From positions 117,490,001 to 117,554,000 of the forward strand of contig OX597816.1 of the NCBI GenBank assembly GCA_951406725.2: a stretch of 64,000 bases of DNA. Reading direction: 5' to 3'. This document shows positions 1-11,414 of this stretch, piece by piece. Both the position numbers and the translations under genes were made by a program. Position 1 is the first letter of the stretch, and every line of letters starts with the position of its first letter. This DNA is from Octopus vulgaris (taxonomy: Eukaryota). The notes below the pieces were generated by a model. That model was not told the origin of the DNA. It saw only the letters and a list, made by a program, of their open reading frames with translations, and searched no databases.

Positions 1-490
1 GCAAGTCATTTTCTTCAAGGAAGGTGATTAGGTTCCTTCTGACTATTCGTTCCATGACCTTGCTGATGTGTGAGGTCAGAGAGATAGGTCTGTAGTTCCT
101 CCGCTCTGTTACCTCCTTTATGAATAGGGCATATTTTACCTTCCTTCAGTTTTCTTGGAAGTTTGCCAGTTGCAAGGAATCTCTGAAAGAGGAACTGCAA
201 TGGTCTTGCTAGGACTCTCTTACATACTTTTAGAAGGATTGCTGGGAATCCATCTGGGCCAGTAGCTGAGTTTGTTTTCATTTCATCAATAGCCTTTATT
301 ACATCGTCTTCCTTTATATTGATGTAATCAATCATCGCTGCCTCCGATTTTATATCTGCAGTGGTAAAGAAGTCAGTTGGATTGCTGACTTGAAAATGCC
401 CTAGGGGTGGCGTGAAAATACTCTTGAATTGCTCATTTAGTATTTCACTTACCCTCATTGGATTTCCTGTGAGTGTGCCATCCTTTTCAA
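1..490 (-). mobile_element. CR1-group LINE ORF2 fragment (pre-RT/RT N-terminal region), frameshifted, runs off window edge
   Basis: ORF 15..458 gives KTNSATGPDGFPAILLK...KICPIHKGG; after a frameshift the minus strand reads KNYRPISLTSHISKVMERIV, the canonical non-LTR RT entry motif. Confidence 0.9.
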
Positions 491-1759
491 TATTTCATTA
501 TAACTAATGAAATATTCCGCGTAATGTAAGAGAAATGAGTTAAAAAATTGTTTGGCGTGTGGCACAGCGCCTTTATTTTTGTGCTCGCTCCCTCTAACTT
601 TAGAACCTGACTACATCTCTGGTTAGAATGATAACTTTCATTGGTTGAAGTGCACAGTATATGAAGTCATTTACATCCATTATATTCTTAGTTTAGAATT
701 TCTCTACTGACTTTAGTAGGTTTCAAATCCTGTTTCCTGACTGGGTGAAAATGATCAAACTCTATTTTTAGAAACATTTTCCGAGAAAAGATGAAATAAC
801 TCCAGCAATTCAGTTTTGGCAAGTGTATTATTGTACCAGCGTCAGAGTAACCAGTGAACATCGAAGGATCAATACCAAGTAGGAAGAAATATTATTTACA
901 TATATTTATTCGTTTGCCCGACAGGTAGAGGAAGAAATTGCTGTCTGCCAGTAGGGAGGGAAAGAGTAAGGAATGCACGGTGCCGACTAGAAAGGAAGAA
1001 AGGATAAAGGTGGCTCTGCTCTGATTGGCTGTATGCAAATAAATTCATTACTAGGATCCGGAACTCTCGTGGGAAAAAAATTTCGCCGCACGGCGTGCTC
1101 ACGATTCTGTCAGCTCACCTTAAATTAGAAAGGAATTTTAGTGACATAAGGGAAATGAAAATAGTTTCAAATAGGAATTGAAAGAGATTGGAAATGTAGC
1201 TCGCAGGAAAACTTAACAGCAATTATAATTATTTATTACGTGCACGACACAACCATCAGTTATAAAAAGGGGTTTGTGTAAGAAAATTAATGGCATGCAT
1301 ATTTTTTCTTGAGAGCATTTGTAACACAAATGAAATCAAATGGTAAACACCTGGAAAAAAAAGCAAAAAAACCCCCAGAAATAATCTAACACCATTGAAG
1401 TAAATCAGGTGCAAGGAGATTGGAACAAATTATGAAAGATAGGAAAGCAGCGTTTTTCTCATGATTGACAGCTGACATATCGATCGCTTTATTTTCCTCT
1501 ACAAGATTTAAGACAGAGATTACAAATTCAGGTATTGCTGCTAAACCAACTTGACCCAGTCTTTCTTATGTTTTGATCATAATGGACAAAACAAGAAGTC
1601 GGGGAGATGGGGGCACTGTAACTGCTGCTGTTATCCCTCCGTATTTTATCATACCAATGCAGCTGTAATAGTTGTTGTTGATGATAATTATATGGTGATG
1701 ATGATTTGCAACGACCATTAGTTCTGCTCTTTTCTACTTGCTCCCATACTGAGTCTTGT

Positions 1760-1930
1760 AGTTGTTGCTGTGTTGTCTCTAGTTAATCCTGATTGAACAG
1801 ACATATCATTAAAAGCATTCCAGCAACGACGACACCATCTTTCCCCCCACGTGTATTGTGTACCTAGGACTACATTACCAAATGCATTATTTTCCTTTGA
1901 GATTGTCGTAATGTTGATAATAGCTAGTAT
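1760..1930 (-). mobile_element. Dispersed repeat family E, degenerate copy
   Basis: Reverse complement resembles the ggataatgtagtcctag...gctggaatgc.tttgatcat...(caa)n blocks of the other E copies. Confidence 0.45.
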
Positions 1931-2317
1931 GCATAGAAGTGAAAATATCGTTGTTTTTATATTTAAAACTTGTACATACATAAATGCATGCATGGATATA
2001 TTCACACACACACATATGTATGTATGAATGCTATGTTATAAGCCCTTAACTCCTTGACAGTGTAGCAGTATAACATACAGCATGTCTTAAGCACTTTTGG
2101 ACCTGGCAAAGACCACCTCTTCCCAGATTTGATCACCATCAATTTAGTTTAGAAGAGAAAGAGACTGGCAGAAATAATGAGTTAGAGAAAGAGATTGGTA
2201 CAGGATCGATACTTTATTTATCGATTCGAATTAATGAAAGTCAAAGGCGATCTCTGCTAAAATAATTACCATAAAGCAATCTATCTGACGCTATAACGAA
2301 CCTATCAATATATATAT

Positions 2318-2439
<122 letters not shown>

Positions 2440-3323
2440 CAACAACTAGATTTAAGCTAACAGCAAGGAACATTGCTACAAGGTTGGCGCTTTTAGAGGA
2501 AGGTCTGCAAATTTCTGCTGATAACAATCCTAATCATGAAAATTACAAGCTTGCAATAAACTCAGTTTCCTCACTGAGCTGTACAAAGATATGACGCACT
2601 ATAAGCACCAAATAATTTTGGAGTATATAGATGGTTCCCAAGGGAGGTAACCATTTTTTCATAATATGAGGCGGAATCTGAAATTTGAATTTAAAATTAG
2701 GGAATTACGAGGGAAAAAAGTTCACGTTTAATTATTTTGTTTATTACGAAGTTCTTAAAATTTCATGACAGTGGTAATCATGGATAATACTATTTCATTC
2801 TTTTTAGAAATCTTTTACATGACATAACACGTGAATTATTAAACATTGTTTTACGAAATGTGGCATTTCATTAAAAATGGAAATAATTACAGATTTGAGG
2901 GAATTCAAAGAATGTCCTTTTCTTTCCTTCCATAGCACATTATTTTGGAAATCGAGAGAAAAGTGAGTAAGTTGTTCGTGCTTACTTACAAAAAAAAAAA
3001 AAAAAAAAGAAAGAAAGCTGTTTTGGATAAGTTCTTCACCCCATAAATAGATGTTGATGAGGCTGAACTATAAGATGGAAAATAGTGTCCCTCAGCTACC
3101 CAGTAACTTTCGTTCCATCAACACCTTCAGACTGTAGTCTGACAGTTTTTGTGGTAAGTACGTACCCTACTGCGATATTACTCCACAAAAAACGCATATT
3201 GCCTCCAGCAAACCCAAAAGTGGTGCCCCTTTAAAAATGTCGCCCCTACCACCATCTTGCTACGGTAGTGTGTGTATATATATATATATATATATATGGA
3301 AATGGATGCGTCGCGTTTAGTTA

Positions 3324-3805
<482 letters not shown>

Positions 3806-3857
3806 CATGTGTGTGAGTGTGTATGTATATATATATATATATATTATACACACACAT

Positions 3858-4008
3858 AGGCACAGGAGTGGCTGAGTAGTAAGAAGCTTGCTTCCCAACC
3901 ACATGGTTTCGGGTTCAGCCCTACTGAGTAATTATCTTCTATTATAGCCTCGGGCTAACCAAAGCCTTGTGAGTGGATTTGGTAGACAGAAACTGAAACA
4001 AGCCCGTC
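3858..4008 (+). mobile_element. tRNA-derived SINE family A, 5' half
   Basis: A-box-like gtggctgagtagt, B-box-like ggttcagccc, body ccaaagccttgtgagtggatttggtagac shared with other copies. Confidence 0.85.
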
Positions 4009-4232
4009 AAATAATTCATGAAAAAACAAATTACGAAGATACCATTCACTCTATTATTATCTAGTGTAACAATTGAAAAATGATAATAACAGAATCAATA
4101 ATATAGACGATTGCAAGCCCCCAAAAGGCATCAAATAGCTGAAGGATTAAAATTAATTAAAGGACACAGTGAGTATGCTTTCCTGCTGGAAATAACAGTC
4201 AAAACCCTTATTTAAACCGCCAAAATACATAC

Positions 4233-4333
<101 letters not shown>

Positions 4334-4410
4334 ATAGTAGGGAATATAATTCCAAAACTTACAGGGAAAAGTACAATTTAACAATTTTAAATCAAATTTC
4401 GCAATATATA

Positions 4411-4569
4411 ATATATGTATATAATTTAGAGAAAAACCTCTATTAAACAATTCAAAAAAGAAAGATGTTATTCACACCACATAGAAAACATATACTATAA
4501 AAAACCTTATTCTAAAAATCAATAAAGTACAATAAATTATATATTACAGACACACACACAGACACAGAC

Positions 4570-4644
<75 letters not shown>

Positions 4645-4905
4645 GGCGTGGCTGAGTGACTATATTTTTAAATAGAATTTTAGTTCGATTTAATTTTAAA
4701 TCGAATTGATTTTATTATTATTATCTATTTGAAAATATAGCTATGAAAAGTGCGTTGTCTTTTTACTACTATTTACTATTTATTGTACTTTATTGATTTT
4801 TAGAATGAATTTTTTTTATAGTATATGTTTTCTATATGGTGTGAATAACATCTTTCTTTATTGAATTGTTTAATAGAAGTTTTTCTCTAAAATATACATA
4901 TATAT
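4411..4905. repeat. ~125-bp inverted repeat pair around a (CA)n spacer
   Basis: 4411-4537 is the reverse complement of 4778-4905 (aagatgttattcacacca / tggtgtgaataacatctt). Confidence 0.85.
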
Positions 4906-4959
4906 TTGTGTGTCTGTGTTTGTCCCCCACCACCATCACTTGACAAGATGATGGCGTGT

Positions 4960-5738
4960 GTAGAATAAATAATCATCACGATATAGATTTCCATTGATGC
5001 TTGGGAATTGGTCTGCCATTTCATAAAGTATATATATACCGACCAAATCTGCTATTTGGGCTGAATCAGAACTTTTCATCGTGACATCAAAACCATCGGG
5101 TGTATCTTTACGGACCCGCAGCTTGTTATCAAATTTTATGATAGATTTTCTGACGGCCAACACAACATTAATCTCTTCCCTGGTGAGACCAGCTTTGTTG
5201 TGAGTTATCCAGAGTGCCTTGTTAAGTACTAATGGGTTGATGGAGGAATAGAAACTAGAAATGTCAAACTGGATAAACTTAGTGCTCTTCTTATTAGTAT
5301 TAAAACTAAACCAGTCAACGACTTGGAACGAATTGGACCATAAATTAAGCTTTAATTTTTTAAAACTAAGGTAAGAATATATTTATCTAGAATATTTTTA
5401 CTAAGCACAGCGATGTCAGAGCTAGGAGGACAGATAAGTCGTTAGGATGGATTATTAAAAAAATTTTGTTTATGATCTTTTAAAATAAAACGAGGTTACT
5501 TAAGAACAAGTGGTTCTGTCTTCATCCGTAAGTCATACTTCTCCATAATTTTCTTAGCCTCATGGTTGGCTTGCCTGAGTGCACCTTTACCGGTAATCCT
5601 ATAGTTTTTTTAAATTTCTTTTTTAATCACTTCTAGGTAATAGTCCTTGGTAAGTTTGTACAGGTTTCCCGTTTTATCTGATTGAACCAGTATTCTATCC
5701 ATGCTATGAATTTCCTTGGTGATATTGTGAAGATACTT
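4960..5738 (-). pseudogene. Penelope-like element reverse transcriptase fragment
   Basis: Minus strand encodes KFIQFDISSFYSSI...FDVTMKSSDSAQIADLVGIYIL...GNLYRDD; the FDVTM..(G)LYRDD motifs are typical of PLE RTs; stops and frameshifts present. Confidence 0.85.
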
Positions 5739-5741
5739 CTT

Positions 5742-6000
5742 TTTTTTATATAGGTAGATCTTCTTCTCAGTTATCTAAAAGAATTTCTAATCATTACTCT
5801 ACATTTAGGGATAGTAATAAATGCAACAATACAGGGCTTAGTAAATTAATTTGGTATCTAAAAGATCATAATAAACAATTTAATTTAGATTAGTTGATTC
5901 TCTCCATTTCATTCGCATACGATAAAGGCAAAGAATTCTGCCAACTCTGTAATAGTGAACTCCTTTATATTCTATTTTCTAAGAATCCCCTTGTAAACAC
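5742..6000 (+). pseudogene. Penelope-like GIY-YIG endonuclease, C-terminal part (opposite strand to the RT fragment)
   Basis: Manual translation FYIGRSSSQLSKRISNHYSTF...TGLSKLIWYLK...D*LIL...FCQLCNSE...LVN shows YIG, R..NH, CxxC, E and N motifs; one in-frame stop; absent from the ORF track. Confidence 0.8.
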
Positions 6001-6369
6001 GTTTATAGAGTGTGCTTATCGATGTAAATATTAGCAGAAACATACCTTTAGTTCATATAAGTGATATCTACCATTCTATATAATTTGAACATTGGTTTTC
6101 TTCTTGCATTTCCCTTCCACTAGATATATCTATTTCCAAGCCTTTAAGCTTTTATTTTAATTCCCATATCGCTCTATATTTCTCCTTTATTAGTTTTCTG
6201 CTTTTTTCTTTCCTTTACCTCTTTTTTTTTCTATAGGCTACCTTTGACGTTATATCTTCTAACGGTTTTAAAAAAACCCAACTTAATAGCGTTCCGTTCA
6301 TCATTATACACATTTATCACATTTTGTTAAAATGTCTTATTGATGAGTATGGTTTCTTTCTTTCCTTCT

Positions 6370-6455
6370 TTCCTTGATGAGAAGATTACATTGTTTTACA
6401 CCATTTTATTCCTTTTGGAATAATACCAATGTTGTCTTCGAAACATATGTTGGAA
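6370..6455 (+). ncRNA. Type I hammerhead ribozyme fold in the PLE 3' region
   Basis: ttcc-TTGATGA-gaagattacattg..caatgttgtcttc-GAA-acatatgt-T-ggaa: stems I and II pair and stem III is a palindrome. Confidence 0.75.
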
Positions 6456-6490
6456 GTAAAAGAATTTGAATAATACCTGCGTTTAACTCC

Positions 6491-6530
<40 letters not shown>

Positions 6531-6533
<3 letters not shown>

Positions 6534-6730
6534 CGCAGGAGTGGCTGTGTGGTAAGTAGCTTGCTTACGAACTACATGGTTCTGGGTTCAGTCCCACTTA
6601 GCGGTTCGGCAAAAGAGACCGATAGAATAAGTACTAGGCTTACAAAGAATAAAATCCCGGGGTCGAGTTGCTCGATTAAAGGCGGTGCTCCAGCATGGCC
6701 GCAGTAAAATGACTGAAACAAGTAAAAAGA
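6531..6730 (+). mobile_element. SINE family A, internally deleted
   Basis: tRNA-like head fused at 'act' directly to the 3' part tagcggttcggcaaaagagacc...cagcatggccgcagt...gactgaaacaagtaaaa. Confidence 0.9.
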
Positions 6731-6995
6731 GAAAAAAAAGAAATATATATATGTAAAAGCCTTGTACATACATTTGCTAGAATCAGTAAGAATGATGTAT
6801 AAGGTGTCGTCTCTATATCAGATAAATGGTAAAACTGAGTCACGTCCAAGGAAGAATATGTAGGCCAGGGAAACCGAGAAACCAGCTCTATGCTCTTTGC
6901 GGAGTAATGTGGCGTAACTCTCTATATTAGAACAGATGGTGATATCTGGAATGACTTTAATTATAGGTTTCATCGGTTCGGGCTGCCATAGGGTA

Positions 6996-7029
6996 AACAA
7001 CAACAACGACGACGACGACGACGACGGCG

Positions 7030-7071
<42 letters not shown>

Positions 7072-7091
7072 GCAGCAGCAGCAGCAGCAAT
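6996..7091. repeat. Compound (CAA)/(CGA)/(CAG) trinucleotide repeat at the tail of a degenerate family E copy
   Basis: Direct reading. Confidence 0.9.
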
Positions 7092-7499
7092 ACCAACATC
7101 CTACATGTTCATTTTTCATTCAATCTTCTCTCTTATTCCACTAGCTTCTATTAACCCAGAATAAAACATAATTTCTTAACGCTGATAAACATTTGCAACG
7201 AAAACAAACAAACAAAAAGGAAAGAATCAAAAAAGCGAAAATTACAAAAAACAAAGCCAAAACAAGGTTTCTAGGTTCGAAATCGAGAGTGTTTTCTCTG
7301 ATAACCATATAGGTATTTGTGAACTGAAACCTTATATTCAACATTGGATCGCATGTCCCAGCGAGACTGACAAAACACAATTTGGCAGCAGATAAAAAGA
7401 TACATTTTTAGTTTATGTTGCAACACAAGTGCAGTTTACAATATACGTTTTTTTAGTTAATAAGATACACGTACACATATTCAAATACACATATATACC

Positions 7500-7574
<75 letters not shown>

Positions 7575-7879
7575 GTGTGTGTGTGTGTGTGTACAAATAC
7601 ACACACACGCACACAAACAGAGTGTACTGGCAGAATCACCAGAGTGTCGGAAGAAAAAGTGTCTTGCAGTATTTCTTCCAGTTTTCTACGATCTGAGTTC
7701 AAATCCAACCAACGTCGAATTGCCTTTCATCTTTCTGAAGTCGATATATAATTACCAGTCAAGCACTATGGTCCAGTCTTCTAAGTCTCTTGGAGTGGAC
7801 GCTGTGACAAAAAAAAAAAAAAACGCTGCAAGAACCATTTTGAAACGAAATGAAGAAAGATGTGTATGAGTTATAACGG

Positions 7880-8057
7880 TTTCAAATAATGGCACAAGGT
7901 CAGCAATTTCGGAGAAAAAGGGTAAGTCGATTACATTGATTCCAGTGTTCGACTGGTACTTATTTTATCGACCCGAAAGTATGAAAGGCAAAGTTGGCCT
8001 CGCCAGAACTGGAACTTAGAACATCAAGACGAACGAAATGCCGCTAAACGTTTTATC
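7880..8057 (-). mobile_element. SINE family B, 5'-truncated
   Basis: ggcacaagg...gtcgattacat...ctggtacttattttatcgac...gaaaggcaaagt matches other B copies. Confidence 0.85.
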
Positions 8058-8355
8058 TGTAAATAATAATAGTATTTTATAAGCTTAAAGCTTATAAGCG
8101 ATCACCGCGCAATGACTAAAGAGAATACTCTAATAATGGGGCATATAAACCCCTCGACAGGAAAAAAAGGTAGGTTTTCCTGTACGCCTGGGACTAGAAC
8201 CCACACCTCTTTGTTTACGTGACCAAGTGTGTAACCGTTATACCAACGAACCAATCTGCCTCTTTCCGTGTGTGTGTATGTGTCTCGGGCTTCTGGACGC
8301 CTGTCTGTATACATAATTTGCGCATAAGATAGGATGTTATAACTGGAACGATATA
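8058..8355 (-). mobile_element. Family F element carrying an internal tRNA-like Pol III cassette
   Basis: Minus-strand A box TGGTATAACGG (8235-8245), B box GGGTTCTAGTCCC (8190-8202) and T7 run; downstream part matches 58700-58884. Confidence 0.6.
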
Positions 8356-8904
8356 TATAATCGGATCAGCTACTTTCAGCTTCTGTTATTTATCAAAAAT
8401 ATCATTGAATGGAAAATGCAATCGCGATCAAGCTGAGCCCAATTTATTTATATAGCGTTAGGGAGCACTGACATATTGTGTTTATAAACATATTTTTCTG
8501 AAACCTAATATTCAGGAAAATAGTGCTCATGATTGTTTTCAGTGATTTCTGGGAGTGGGGGCGGGAAGAAGTATCTTGAAGCTTGAGAACTGACTCGCGT
8601 CCTTGCAACAAAGTGGATTCTACAAATAGCACACAATGATTAGATGGAGCTGTTAAACAAAGCAATGATTAAATCTACCGCCCAAGTAGTTCATGGTAAG
8701 ACTACTGAGTTCATGGTAAGACTTGAACTCAGAACGCAAATAATCGGAACAAATACTGCAACACCTCCTAACGAATCCAATAGTCTACCGCTCCAGACCA
8801 CTACGTTATCTATCCGCTCTAGAGTGATGAAAGGCAAAGTCGGTCACGATGAGATTTGAACTTAGAACGCAAAGAATCAGAATTAGTACTATGGTATTTA
8901 TTTT

Positions 8905-9105
8905 TTACTCTGGGCATAAGGCCTGAAATTCTGCGGGGAAGGGCTATTCAATTACATTAACCCTAGCACTCAAATGGTACTTATTTCATCGCCCTCGAAA
9001 GAATGAAAAGCAAAGTAGACCTCGATGGAATCTAAACTCAGAAGATAAAAGCGAACGAAATGCCGCTAAGTATTTTGTCCGACGTTCTTAAAATTTTACC
9101 AGCTG
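8905..9105 (-). mobile_element. SINE family B
   Basis: Diverged match to the B pattern seen at 21721-21935. Confidence 0.85.
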
Positions 9106-9334
9106 TGAAAATAGATCCTTGTCCCGTGTAATCTTGTTAAAAATTTAGTTTAATATCAAGATTTTTCTGGTTAAAAGAAGATAATGACTTTATGTAGAAG
9201 CTTCTTCATCGCCACCATACCTCTCATATATTACTACAATATATTCCCATATGTATCAGCATGACTCCATAAAAAAAAATATATTCATACCAACCTAAAC
9301 TTTAAGAATGTATATAACTTAGACAGGATGAGTT

Positions 9335-9540
9335 AACGAAAAAGCCTCTATGTAGTCGTCCAATCTAGTGGAAATAACAACCAATTTTACTTCAAATCAT
9401 ACGTTATCATCTTCAAAAGAAAGGACATACTGGACTGGATAATGCAGACTAGGGAATAAGAGCAGATAAGATCAGTAATAGCTGGAAATCTTTGATCATA
9501 AATCTCTTTGATCAGAGCTTACCTGGGGCTAAATAACATA
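9335..9540 (+). mobile_element. Dispersed repeat family E
   Basis: gaaataacaaccaa...aaatcatac...ggataatgcagact...gctggaa...tttgatcata...acctggggctaaa shared with other copies. Confidence 0.7.
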
Positions 9541-10607
9541 GACGGTGTTGTTAACAGCTAGAACGTCGCTAGAACGACGGGGTTTCTATCCGAGCATAAA
9601 TGTCTGTTCGAGTATAGCTGAGTGCATGTGTAGTGGGTGGGTTACTAAATACCAACAACATCATCAACGTTAAAACAAGTACGACAATCAGAAGTCTGCA
9701 ACTGATATTTTTACTACAGCTGTTAACGCCAGAACGATACCACCAAAACTATAAACACTACCAGCATGTCACTACCTCCACCATCTCCATCACTATTACC
9801 ACAGAAAAAAAAATACCGCCAAAAAACAAAAAAAAAAACAAAAATACAAAAAACTCCAAGTAAAATCTTTTAGCTGTCAGATTTTTGCCAATTTTTGCTC
9901 CGATTATCCTTTAATATTTTATGAATTAAAAAAATCTCTCTTGTCACCACACACACACACTGCATTTATTTCTTCAGCTTGTCTTACTCATGTCTGCATC
10001 ATTTTTCTCTCTTATCTTTCTGTTTCTATTTTCCCCTTCCTTTCCCTGTCCATCTTCTGTCTTTTCTATCTTCTCTCTTTTACTCCTTTCAGCTGCTTTC
10101 TCTCTCTTTGAATCTCTGATCTCTCTTCTGACACTCTTCGCCTCTCTCTGTCCCCCAAATCTATATATCTTTCTCTTTCCTTTCTCTACTTTCTCTCTCT
10201 GTCCCAGTTTTCCTACTGTTTATCGGTTTGTCTTCTCCCTTTGTCTTTATTTCTAGCTTTGCCCTCTTTCCCTTTCCTTTCATTCATTTCTTCCACCTTC
10301 CTTCTTCAGATCCGACAAGTTCTTTTGGGCTCCGGGTAATTTCGTTCAACGCACATTTCGTTGGCTCGATTTCAATTCGAATAAAATGCATTTTACTCTG
10401 TCTTTAAGAAAAGCACGAACCTCATAGAATTTAATTTCTCTTTATCAAAAACCTTGTAGACTTGTGAATATAATACCATCAGTACAAGTAATTAGTTTTG
10501 AGTTTTCTAAGTTCCTTCAATCAACAACTATGACTTAGTTTCCAATGATAAAAAAAAAAAAATCAGCAAATTGGTTTCATTTTTTTTGGCGCATCTTAAT
10601 GTCGTCG

Positions 10608-10830
10608 TTGTTGTTTAGTTTCAGGTCAAACACTTATCATCAGACCTTTTATCAAATGCATTCCGGCCGTGATCATATATCCTGTCTTTTCCCAGCGTGC
10701 AATGAACTTGTGATTACATTATCTAACATGTCTTTATTTTTTTCTAAAGATAGCAAGGTGTGATTTGAGGGAGATTAAGTTGTTATTTCAAGCAGATCAA
10801 GCGACAATATAGATGATCCCACGTTGTTGT
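10608..10830 (-). mobile_element. Dispersed repeat family E
   Basis: ggtgtgatttgagggagat...tatttc.agcag.tc is the reverse complement of the E core. Confidence 0.7.
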
Positions 10831-10903
10831 TTGCTATTTTACTCGTTATTGTTGATGTTGCTGCTGCTGCTGCTGCTGCTGCTGTTGTTGTTGTTGTTGT
10901 TGT

Positions 10904-11414
10904 TCTTCTTCTTCTTCTTCTTCTTCTTCTTCTTCCAATCAGGACTCACGCCATTAGCCACAAATAATAATCTCTAATTCGAGCCTACTCTAAGCTACTA
11001 AGAATGCGGGTGGCAACTTGAAGATCTACCCACCACACGCGATAGACTGGCGGTTGCACGGGCGCGAAAGCTACGTTGTTGTCCTCATTCCGTAAGCGGT
11101 GGCTTTTAACGGGCGGAGAGCTGAACCGTCCTGGAGTACAGAGGATTCGCAATCTAGACTAGGGTCTGAAAGTTTACCACACCATAGTGGGTTACACCAC
11201 AGTTCCTCTGCTTTGTGGCAGAAGTAGGAAGAAAGAGTGAGAGAAAGTTGTGGTGAAAGTGTACAGCGGGGTTCACCACCCCTCCCCGCCCGAGCATCGT
11301 GGAGCTTAGGTGTTTTTGCTCAATAAACACTCACAATGCCCGGTCTAGGAGTCGAAACCGCGCTCTTACGACGGCGAGTCCGTTGCCCTAACCACTAGGC
11401 CATTGCGCCTCCAC
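10904..11414 (-). mobile_element. tRNA-derived SINE family C, variant with (GAA)n tail
   Basis: Head gtggaggcgcaatggcctagtggttagggc...ggtttcgactcc (A/B boxes) matches the 42251-42634 copy over ~190 bp; different 3' part ends in (gaa)n. Confidence 0.85.

Noticed and set aside
2440-2600. Peptide LEEGLQISADNNPNHE..., faintly like pogo/Tigger transposase C-termini
   Set aside because: Too short and diverged; no TIRs or catalytic motif seen
3090-3140. Minus-strand CTGAAGG...GAAAG hammerhead-like string
   Set aside because: Core mismatch, G at the cleavage position and poor stem I; at best a dead relic
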